A DNA stretch of 64,000 nt, taken from contig CAWBYV010000010.1 in assembly GCA_963793115.1 (NCBI GenBank), forward strand, positions 576,755-640,754. Reading direction: 5' to 3'. This document shows, piece by piece, positions 56,532-64,000 of the stretch (within the stretch, counting starts at the first letter, position 1; the number at the start of each line of letters is the position of its first letter). Below the pieces are notes generated by a model, which was not told the DNA's origin, searched no databases, and worked only from the letters and a program-made list of their open reading frames with translations. Both the position numbers and the translations under genes were made by a program. Source of the DNA: an uncultured delta proteobacterium. GTDB lineage: Bacteria > Desulfobacterota > Binatia > Binatales > Binataceae.

Positions 56532-57248
56532 ATGAGCAAATATTGCGCGCTCCTGCTTGTAGCAATTGCATACTTGGGCGCCGCCGGGCTGGCGATGGCC
56601 CAGGTGCCGATCGGTGAAGTCTCCGAGATGCGCGGGCAAGCGGAGTTGAAGAGAGGGTCGGTCATCAGTCCGATCGCGGTCAAAACCCGGATCGAGTTGC
56701 ACGACCAGATCACCCTGATGGCGAACTCGTATCTGACGATCGCGCTGGTCAACGGCCGGCAGATTCAGTACGAAGGCGCTTCCACCCAGGTCCTTGACGA
56801 AGCCTCGATCGGTCCCTCCGGGACCATCACTACACTCGTGAGTCGGCTATTCAGCGGCCGCGTCCGCGCGATCGTATCATCCGCGCTGGGGGGTGTTTTT
56901 GACTACCAGGTCCATACCTCCAACGCGATAATCGCCGTGCGCGGCACCAACTTCGAGGTCGCGTTCAGCGCCGGCGCCGCGCGGCCGGGCTTCGCGGGCT
57001 GCGGCGTGTTTACCGATGTGAGCGTCTACACCGGCGTCGTCGCGGTCGCCAACGCCGCGGATCCTTCGCGAACCGTGATGGTCGACGGAGGCTACGCGAC
57101 CACCGTCCCCTGCCTGGGTGCGCCGCTCTCGCCGGGACCGCTGGGTCTGGCTGGCAACGGCGCCCAACCGGCGCATGCGGCCGCCCTGATCGGGGCGCCG
57201 CCACCGCAATGCCCACCGTGTACGATGTCGGGCGGGTCGCATCACTAG
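56532..57248 (+). CDS. FecR domain protein (secreted)
   Basis: Signal peptide ..AIAYLGAAGLAMA-QV. FecR-like ..GQAELKRGSV.. ..VHTSNAIIAVRGTNFEV... Confidence 0.75.
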   Translation: MSKYCALLLVAIAYLGAAGLAMAQVPIGEVSEMRGQAELKRGSVISPIAVKTRIELHDQITLMANSYLTIALVNGRQIQYEGASTQVLDEASIGPSGTITTLVSRLFSGRVRAIVSSALGGVFDYQVHTSNAIIAVRGTNFEVAFSAGAARPGFAGCGVFTDVSVYTGVVAVANAADPSRTVMVDGGYATTVPCLGAPLSPGPLGLAGNGAQPAHAAALIGAPPPQCPPCTMSGGSHH

Positions 57249-57400
57249 CAGGGTGTTGAAAAGGTAAGATTGGGTGAGTTGGAGAAATGTACACTCTCAA
57301 CACCATGCATGAAAACTGGCTTCCTTCCTTAATCTTCTCTCCCTCTGGGAGAGATAAGAGTGAGGGAGCAGGCTGTGAAAATCCTTTTTCAACAGCCTGC
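57246..57400. repeat. composite intergenic repeat (TAGCAGGGTGTTGA.. family), copy 2
   Basis: Its first three bases are the FecR stop codon. It contains stems ggtgttga/tcaacacc, tctctcc/ggagaga and gcaggctgt/acagcctgc. Confidence 0.8.
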
Positions 57401-57427
57401 TAGACGCTTTCATCCGGGTAATGACCA

Positions 57428-58188
57428 ATGAGAGTGAAGCCGCTCCCGCTCCTGATCGCGATCCTGTCAATAGCGGGGCTCGGAACCGCTCGCGCGCAGA
57501 CCACTTCGCAGACTGTGGCTCCGGCCTATGCCGACTTCCTTACTATCCAGCGGCCGGGCGAGTTGAGCGTGAATCTTTTCGGCGGCGGATTCGGAAGCGA
57601 CACGTACGGCACGACGGACCAGGGTATCGAGCTCGACCAGAGTATAACGCCCTATATCGGCACGGTCGGACGAGTGACTGGATATCAGCTTTATGTGGGC
57701 GGCGGATTCGACAATCCGCTCGATCCCGGCACCGGCCACAACGCGCGGTTTAATTTTGTGCGCCTGCAGGGTGGTTTCGATGTCCAGCCCTATCCGCTTT
57801 GCCATCTTTATCTGCTCGGCGGTTCGACGCCGGCGACAGCAGCGCCGCGGTGGTCGAGGCTGACTTTTCCGCCTGGGTGAAGACTTACTCGCGGCATCCG
57901 GTCAATCTCTCGGGCGACGTCAGTTACGACTACGAAAACCACGTCACCAACAGTGAGGTCGATCTGCGCGCGGTCGTCCTGTCGCGCGAGAAGTACATGC
58001 TTTTCGCCGGCGCGGGTGGATCGATCTTCGGCGGCGGAAATCTCGCGGGCATCCAGGGACAGGGCGGCCCGGAGCTCGGCGGCTATTTTCGCCCGCTTCA
58101 GGCCGGTCTCGATGTGGTTGCCGGTTACGGAACTTCGGGCGCCTTCATCCAGGCAAATCTCCTGAAAGTGTTCGGCTTCCGGGAGTAG
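57428..58188 (+). CDS. secreted, possibly outer-membrane beta-barrel, hypothetical protein (frame-disrupted)
   Basis: Signal MRVKPLPLLIAILSIAGLGTARA-QT. The sequence is rich in Gly and aromatic residues. ORFs 57428-57880 and 57799-58188 join at ..LYLLGG/FDAGDSSAAVVEADFSAW.. at TT 57823-57824. Confidence 0.55.
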
Positions 58189-58340
58189 CGTCAGGACGCC
58201 GGTCTGTCTGCTACGCTCGCAAGCTCAGCTTCTGATGAAACAAGCGCAGACAAAATCGCCGAAGGTGCGGCGCCGCGACCGACTCATGACCGCGGCGGCC
58301 GCGACTGCCGCAACCGAGCCTCGCGCAGGAGAACAAAGCT

Positions 58341-59954
58341 ATGCGGAAAGAGTCGGCGGATTATAGTGCTGGTAGCAGCGACCTACCGCAAATCACCAGG
58401 ATCATTGACACGACCAGCGGTCCGGTGCGGGGCCTGATCAACGACGGCGTGCATACCTTCAAGGGTATCCGGTACGGCGCGCCGCCGGTGGGTCCGATCC
58501 GCTGGATGCCGCCGCAAAGGCAGGCGCCCTCCAAAGTCGTGCTGGACTGCTCCGACTACGGAGCGCCCGCGATGCAGATGGCGTCGGGCGCGACCGCAGC
58601 TCCGGCCGGCGATTACGGCATGTTGATGGCCCGTGTGTTCACGACCCCATCGGAGCTGAAAATCCAGAACGAGGATTGCCTATTCCTGAACGTGTGGACG
58701 CCTGCAACCGACAATAAGAAGCGGCCCGTGATGTTCTGGATTCACGGTGGCATCTTCGCCTACGGCTCGGGCGGGCAGCCGATCTACTGCATGGAAGACC
58801 TCGCCCGCGATCACGACGTCGTGGCCGTCAACGTGAACCATCGCCTCAACGTTTTCGGCTATCTCCATCTCGGCGACCTGATGGGCGAGGCCTACAAATC
58901 GTCCGGCACGGCCGGCATGCAGGATCTGGTGCTCGCCTTGCAATGGGTGAGAGACAACATCGCGAATTTCGGCGGCGACCCCGGCAACGTAACCATCATG
59001 GGCCAGTCGGGCGGTGGTGCGAAAGTCGCGATTCTGATGTCGATGGATTCGGCGAAGGGACTATTCCACAAGGCGTCGATTCAGTCGGGTCCGGGCCTGA
59101 CGGTCGGCCGTAGAGAGCCCGCCACCGCAGCCGCCGAGTCGCTCCTCGCGGAACTCGGCATCCAGCCGGGCGACATCAAGTCGCTCCAGGGAGTGCCCGC
59201 CCAGACGATCATTGCCGCCGCCTTCGCCGCGGATGCGAAGAACACCGCCGGGCCGCGCGTACCCGGCATGCGCCGCCCTGGTGGTTTTGGCTACGGACCG
59301 ATCATCGACGATGTCGCGATCACGCGCGATCCATTCACGCCCGATGCGCCTGCGGTGTCCCGCGATGTTCCGGTGCTGGTCGGCTACGTGAAAGACGAGG
59401 TCACCATCTTCACCGCGGGTGAGCCGTGGTTCCGAACCATGACCGAAGCCGAGCTCGAACAGCGTATCGCGATGCTCGGCCCCAAGGGTAAGCCGCTGGT
59501 TGACGCATGGCGCAAGATCAGGCCCGACTACTCGCCGACCTATCTATTCACCGCGGCAATAAGCTCGATGTTCGCGATGGGCGGATCGATCGCGCTCGCC
59601 GAGCGCAAGGCCGCGCAAGGTGGCGCGCCGGCATACATGTGGTATCTGACCTGGGAAACTCCGGCCGCAAACGGGATGTTCAAGACCCCGCATACCATGG
59701 AGATTCCATTCATGCTCGATTCCTATCGCCGGGTGCGCGCCTTCGCCGGTCCGGACCCCGGAGCCGCGCGGATGGAACAGCAGTTAGCGGGCGCATGGGT
59801 GGCGTTTGCCCGCACCGGCAAGCCCGACTGTCCTGAAATTCCGCACTGGCCGCCCTACGATGCCGTCCAGCGGTCCACGATGGTGTTCAATCTTGAAAGC
59901 CAGGTCGTGAATGATCCGAATTCCGACGTACGAAAGATAATTCAGGGCGCGTGA
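58341..59954 (+). CDS. carboxylesterase/lipase type B (para-nitrobenzyl esterase-like)
   Basis: ..FKGIRYGAPPVGPIRW.., EDCLFLNVWTP, FWIHGGIFAYGSG, GGDPGNVTIMGQSGGGAKV (GxSxG). Confidence 0.9.
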   Translation: MRKESADYSAGSSDLPQITRIIDTTSGPVRGLINDGVHTFKGIRYGAPPVGPIRWMPPQRQAPSKVVLDCSDYGAPAMQMASGATAAPAGDYGMLMARVFTTPSELKIQNEDCLFLNVWTPATDNKKRPVMFWIHGGIFAYGSGGQPIYCMEDLARDHDVVAVNVNHRLNVFGYLHLGDLMGEAYKSSGTAGMQDLVLALQWVRDNIANFGGDPGNVTIMGQSGGGAKVAILMSMDSAKGLFHKASIQSGPGLTVGRREPATAAAESLLAELGIQPGDIKSLQGVPAQTIIAAAFAADAKNTAGPRVPGMRRPGGFGYGPIIDDVAITRDPFTPDAPAVSRDVPVLVGYVKDEVTIFTAGEPWFRTMTEAELEQRIAMLGPKGKPLVDAWRKIRPDYSPTYLFTAAISSMFAMGGSIALAERKAAQGGAPAYMWYLTWETPAANGMFKTPHTMEIPFMLDSYRRVRAFAGPDPGAARMEQQLAGAWVAFARTGKPDCPEIPHWPPYDAVQRSTMVFNLESQVVNDPNSDVRKIIQGA

Positions 59955-60055
59955 TAGTTGCCGCTTTTTCCGTTTGCAATTGTCAACTCGTTGCGGTAGC
60001 GTGCGGCACCTTTCAGATAACGCCTAACAAATCGTCGAGGGGGCTGCGGCCAGAT

Positions 60056-63000
60056 ATGATATTCCGCACCAGCGTTCGGATCGCGATGGCGGCCGCGTTC
60101 GCCGCGATGCTGCTATGGCCGCGATTGGCTTTGTGCGCCACCGAAAGCTCAATCGTCGCGCCGGAAACCCTGAGTTTTCCCAACCAGGTGATCGGAGTCT
60201 TCGGCTCCACGAGTGCTCCGAAGCACCTGAAGATTTCTATCCGCAAGCACAGTGCCGGAGCGGTCACGATTCAGAGTGTATCGGTCGGCGGGCGCAATTC
60301 GGGCGATTTCACGGTTGAGCAACCTAACGGCTGTATCGGCGCGACAAGCTGCACGGTCGAAGTGACTTTCACACCCAGCGCGATGGGTCGGCGGACCGCG
60401 ACGCTGACCGTCAGCGACGGCTCCGGCGACAGCCGGACGGTCGCGCTCTCCGGCCGCGCCCTGAAAGGCCTGCTGCGGCTGAGGCCGCGCGATCTTTCGT
60501 TCGGGCGCGTGCGGATTGGCGGCTCCAGGAGTTCGACCACCGTAACCGTGAGGAACGACAACCCCGTGCCGCTGAACATCAGCGCGATCAGTGTCGCCGG
60601 CCGCGGCTTCACCGCCAGCCAGAACTGCTTGGGCGAGCTGGCCGGCGGCGGTGGCTCGTGCCGGATTTCGGTCGGCGTATCGCCGGCCGCCGCAAAGCGG
60701 CGGAAGGGAACGCCAGTCAGCGGGATGCTCGAAATCGCCGACGATGCGGCGGGCAGCCCGCACAAGGTGAAACTCTCTGCGATCGTGGTCGCGGCGGACG
60801 ATCCGGCGCCCGCTCCAACGCCGACACCCGCGCCGGCTCCGGCGGATCCCCTGGCGGCCCAGATTCTGGTCACGAACTCCGCGTGCAACACCGTGACGAG
60901 CTACGCCATCGGTGCGGCCGGCAACGCCGCGCCGATCGTTGCGCAGGCCGGGCTGTGTAATCCCACTGCGATCGCGGTCGGCTCAACGGGGAGCATCTAC
61001 GTCACCAACGTCGGCAATAGTAACGAGCCGAGCTACTCGATCGCGATTTATCCGCCAGGAGCCGGCGGCAGCACCCCGCCCAGCGCCATTATCAGCGGGT
61101 CCAACACCGGGCTTGTGAATCCCAGTGCTATCGCGGTGGACGGGAGCGGGAACGTCTACGTAGCCAACAACGGCAGCAACGCCGGTGGGATCGACACGGT
61201 GACGGTCTATCCGGCGGGGAACACCGGCAACGTCGCGCCGAGCACGACCATCGCCGGGGACAACACCCGCCTCAACGCTCCTTCAGCCATCGCTGTGGAC
61301 AGCAGCCTCAACATCTACGTGGCGAACAAGGGCAGCAGCACGGTGACGGTCTATGCGCCGGCGAGCAGCGGCAACGCCGCGCCCAGCAAGACGATCGGCG
61401 GCTACGACACCGGCCTGAGCGCCCTCTCATCCATCACGGTGGACAGCAGCGGGAACATCTACGTCACCAATGAGGGCAGCCTTGACGGTGGCAGCGACAC
61501 GGTGACGGTCTATCCGGCCGGAAGCAGCGGCGACGCCACGCCGAGCGCCACCATCAGCGGTCCCGATACCTTGCTGGGCTCGCCCGTCGGCATTGCGGTA
61601 GACGGCAGCGGAAAGATTTACGTCGCGAACGAGAATACCTCCGACGGGTTTGGCGATTTCTTCGGCCCGGCCGTGACGGTCTATCCGGCCGGCAGCGACG
61701 GCAACGTCGCGCCGAGTTCCACCATCGACAACTCTTTCTTTCCTACGGGGATTGTCGCTCCCATCGGCCTCGCGCTGGACAGCAGCGCGAAAATCTACGT
61801 CGCGAACGAGGCTGGTTACGACCCCAACACAGGTAATTTCAGCGCCGCCAACGTGACGGTTTATCCGGCGGGGAGCAACAGCGACATCTCGCCAAGCTCG
61901 ACTATAGATGGCTCCAATACGGGTCTCAACGATCCCTACGGCATCGCGGTGGACAGCAGCGGGAAGATCTACGTCGCGAACAAGAACAACAACACGGTGA
62001 CGGTCTATCCGGCCGGGAGCAGCCCCGGCACTCTGAACGAGTCTCCCACCGCTACCATCGGCGGTTCCAATACCGGCTTGAGCGAGCCCGTGCACATCGC
62101 GCTGGACGGCAGCGGGAACATCTACGTAACCAACCAGGGCTACGACTATGCTACCGGCTCTTACTACTTCGTGACGGTCTATCCGCCAGTGGGGAGCAGC
62201 ACCGGCACTCTGAACGAGTCTCCCACCGCCACCATCGGCGGTTCCAATACCGGCTTGAGCGAGCCCGGGGGCATCGCCTTCGACGGCAGCGGGAACATCT
62301 ACGTAAGCAACTACAACAACAACACGGTGACGGTCTATCCGCCAGTGGGGAGCAGCACCGGCACTCTGAACGAATCTCCCACCGCCGCCATCAGCGGTTC
62401 CAATACGGGCCTGGAGGGTCCCGCGCGCATCGCCTTCGACGGCAGCGGGAACATCTACGTCACGAACCTCAACAACGGCACGGTGACGGTCTATCCGCCA
62501 TTGGGGAGCAGCACCGGCACGCTGAACGAGTCTCCCACCGCCGCCATCGGGGGTTCCAACACCGGCCTGAGTTATCCCACCGGCATCGCGCTGGACGCCA
62601 GCGGGAACATCTACGTCACGAACTTCTACAACGGCACGGTGACGGTCTATCCGCCATTGGGGAGCAGTACCGGCACGCTGAACGAGTCTCCCAGCGCCGC
62701 CATCGCGGGTACCAATAGCGGCCTGAGCGGTCCCAGCGGCATCGCGCTGGACGCCAGCAGGAACATCTACGTAGCCAACGAGGGCTACAACGGTAAGACC
62801 AGCACGTACGGGTCCGTGACGGTCTATCCGGCCGGGAGCAACGACTTGCTGTTGCCGCTGGCCACCATCGGCAGTCTCGATACCGGCCTGAGCGCTCCTG
62901 TCGGCATCGCGCTGGACAGCAGCGGGAACATCATTGTCACCAACGACGGCGGCAACAATGGAGGCGGCGACTCAGTGACGGTCTACGCGCCCGGGAGCGA

Positions 63001-63664
63001 CGCCAGCGGCGCGCCGCTGGCCGTTTTCAATACCGGCCTCATCACCCTCGTTGGTATCGCCGTGGACGGCAGCGGAAACTTCTACTTCGCCGACCAGAGT
63101 GACGACTTGGTGGCGGTCTTTCCGCCGGGGGGCAGCGGCACGCCAGTCGCGCTCGCTGTCATCCGCGGAGACAACACCGGCCTGAATGCTCCCACCGGCA
63201 TTGCCCTGGACGGGGCCGGGAACATCTACGTCACTAACGAGGCCACCAACACGGTGACGGAATACCCGGCCGAGAGCGGCGGCAATGTCGCGCCGATCGC
63301 CACTATCGCGGGATCGAACACCGGGCTGGGCTATCCGTCCGGCGTCGCGATTGACGGGGCCGGGAACATCTACGTCGCGAACAAGGCCACCGACACGGTG
63401 ACGATTTATCCGCCTGGGAGTAATGGCAACGCCGCGCCGAGCGCCACTATCGGCGGGTCCAACACCGGGATGGACACGCGGGCTGGAATCGCCCTGGATG
63501 CGAGCGGGAACATCTACGTTACGAACGAAGGCGGCTTCGAGGGCGACAACGCCAGCGTGACGGTCTATCCGCCCGGGAGCACCGGCAACGCCGCGCCGGG
63601 CGTGACTATCGCCGGACCGGCCACGCAACTTGCCCGGCCGCAGGGCATCGCGCTTGTTCCATAG
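60056..63664 (+). CDS. giant secreted NHL-repeat protein with N-terminal Ig-like (choice-of-anchor-D-like) domains
   Basis: Start at the ATG at 60056 gives the signal MIFRTSVRIAMAAAFAAMLLWPRLALCA. Two FPNQVIGV../FGRVRIGG.. Ig-like domains and a PAPAPTPTPAPAP linker. Then roughly two dozen units of P.GIA(V/L)D.SGNIYV(A/T)N...(N)TVTVYP. Confidence 0.85.
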   Translation: MIFRTSVRIAMAAAFAAMLLWPRLALCATESSIVAPETLSFPNQVIGVFGSTSAPKHLKISIRKHSAGAVTIQSVSVGGRNSGDFTVEQPNGCIGATSCTVEVTFTPSAMGRRTATLTVSDGSGDSRTVALSGRALKGLLRLRPRDLSFGRVRIGGSRSSTTVTVRNDNPVPLNISAISVAGRGFTASQNCLGELAGGGGSCRISVGVSPAAAKRRKGTPVSGMLEIADDAAGSPHKVKLSAIVVAADDPAPAPTPTPAPAPADPLAAQILVTNSACNTVTSYAIGAAGNAAPIVAQAGLCNPTAIAVGSTGSIYVTNVGNSNEPSYSIAIYPPGAGGSTPPSAIISGSNTGLVNPSAIAVDGSGNVYVANNGSNAGGIDTVTVYPAGNTGNVAPSTTIAGDNTRLNAPSAIAVDSSLNIYVANKGSSTVTVYAPASSGNAAPSKTIGGYDTGLSALSSITVDSSGNIYVTNEGSLDGGSDTVTVYPAGSSGDATPSATISGPDTLLGSPVGIAVDGSGKIYVANENTSDGFGDFFGPAVTVYPAGSDGNVAPSSTIDNSFFPTGIVAPIGLALDSSAKIYVANEAGYDPNTGNFSAANVTVYPAGSNSDISPSSTIDGSNTGLNDPYGIAVDSSGKIYVANKNNNTVTVYPAGSSPGTLNESPTATIGGSNTGLSEPVHIALDGSGNIYVTNQGYDYATGSYYFVTVYPPVGSSTGTLNESPTATIGGSNTGLSEPGGIAFDGSGNIYVSNYNNNTVTVYPPVGSSTGTLNESPTAAISGSNTGLEGPARIAFDGSGNIYVTNLNNGTVTVYPPLGSSTGTLNESPTAAIGGSNTGLSYPTGIALDASGNIYVTNFYNGTVTVYPPLGSSTGTLNESPSAAIAGTNSGLSGPSGIALDASRNIYVANEGYNGKTSTYGSVTVYPAGSNDLLLPLATIGSLDTGLSAPVGIALDSSGNIIVTNDGGNNGGGDSVTVYAPGSDASGAPLAVFNTGLITLVGIAVDGSGNFYFADQSDDLVAVFPPGGSGTPVALAVIRGDNTGLNAPTGIALDGAGNIYVTNEATNTVTEYPAESGGNVAPIATIAGSNTGLGYPSGVAIDGAGNIYVANKATDTVTIYPPGSNGNAAPSATIGGSNTGMDTRAGIALDASGNIYVTNEGGFEGDNASVTVYPPGSTGNAAPGVTIAGPATQLARPQGIALVP
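61997..62815 (+). repeat. near-identical tandem coding repeats (three exact 156-bp periods flanked by 174/177-bp variants)
   Basis: gtgacggtctatccgcc recurs at 61997, 62171, 62327, 62483, 62639 and 62816. The units encode VTVYPP(V/L)GSSTGTLNESPTA(A/T)I(G/S)GSNTGLS.P.GIA(F/L)D(G/A)SGNIYV(T/S)N. Confidence 0.85.
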
Positions 63665-63800
63665 CAGGGTGTTGACAAAGTAAGACCGAGTGAGTTGGAG
63701 AAATGATGCTAGTGCATGAGATTCTTCGCTCCGGCAGCCTCCGCTCAGAATGACAATAAAACCGGCCATTTCCGTCATTCTGAGCGAAGCGAAGAATCTC
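63662..63800. repeat. composite repeat copy 3 (TAGCAGGGTGTTGA..) fused to a GAGATTCTTCGC../GTCATTCTGAGCGAAGCGAAGAATCTC inverted pair
   Basis: 63662-63705 aligns with 57246-57290 (about 40 of 45 nt by eye), and its TAG is the stop of the NHL gene. 63718-63754 and 63774-63800 are inverted units of the GTCATTCT family. Confidence 0.8.
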
Positions 63801-63889
63801 ATTCCACGCCAGGACGTTCCTCAAGTTATTTGCGCGACACCACACTTGGGGGGCGCGAGATGCAGCCGATAGCGGGAAGGAGTCTTCCG

Positions 63890-64000
63890 GTGACGAAAAG
63901 AGTTTTGGGCTTGGCAGTGTTTGCCGCCGCGATCGCGTTGGCCTCGGCAAATGCCAACGCCCAGCAGAGCCTGAACCAGGGTCAGAGCGCGGTCTACCTG
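63890..64000 (+). CDS. secreted protein, 3'-partial (runs off the window)
   Basis: GGAAGGAG 7 nt upstream of the GTG at 63890 (in-frame ATG at 63860). Reads (M)TKRVLGLAVFAAAIALASANANA-QQ, a signal peptide. Confidence 0.45.
   Translation, partial: MTKRVLGLAVFAAAIALASANANAQQSLNQGQSAVYL

Noticed and set aside
62972-63950. ORFs 62972-63802 (-) and 63606-63950 (-), starting or running through MRFFASLRMTE.. and ..ILRFAQNDG..
   Set aside because: Their only distinctive segments are translations of the intergenic GTCATTCT/GAAGAATC repeat. The rest is antisense to the NHL gene.

Overview
High-GC (by eye well above 60%) bacterial chromosomal fragment, densely coding, with about 60 genes. I found no rRNA, CRISPR array, transposase or integrase.

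Left third: mixed housekeeping and accessory genes. These are a partial 2-oxoacid dehydrogenase E2, MerR plus two tandem CrtI-like FAD oxidoreductases, an MFS transporter, a cupin, a YfcG-like GST, an acetoacetate-decarboxylase-family protein, ychF, DoxX, an alpha/beta hydrolase, a SAM methyltransferase, larC-queE, dksA, galU and tRNA-Ala(CGC).

Middle (about 24-44.6 kb): a flavoenzyme and acyl-CoA supercluster. It holds three nitroreductase-fold proteins, fixC and fixX, CoA-transferase A/B, two thiolase-like genes, an acyl-CoA synthetase and an acyl-CoA dehydrogenase. A 'nitroreductase-like + ~115 aa partner' module is duplicated in inverted orientation.

Best candidate for a new system: an AT-richer islet (about 36-39.2 kb) inside this cluster carries a minimal radical-SAM/SPASM RiPP locus. 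The maturase has a fused PqqD-like recognition domain. Directly upstream is a 58-codon Cys-rich precursor ORF that is below the ORF-track cutoff.

Right third: giant secreted repeat proteins (two ~830 aa Kelch-type proteins, a ~1200 aa NHL-repeat protein, a beta-helix/PT-linker protein, and a protein with a choice-of-anchor-D-like domain). Also here are TetR, an ICMT-family methyltransferase, a CHASE2 cyclase with FecR, and a type-B carboxylesterase.

Other AT-richer islets carry orphan genes: 888-2620, 11258-13070 and 15323-16204.

Intergenic regions carry several REP/MITE-like repeat families.

At least ten genes show single-nucleotide frame disruptions, several at homopolymers. This looks more like assembly indel error than pseudogenisation. 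All family calls rest on motifs read by eye and on memory of families. No searches were run.
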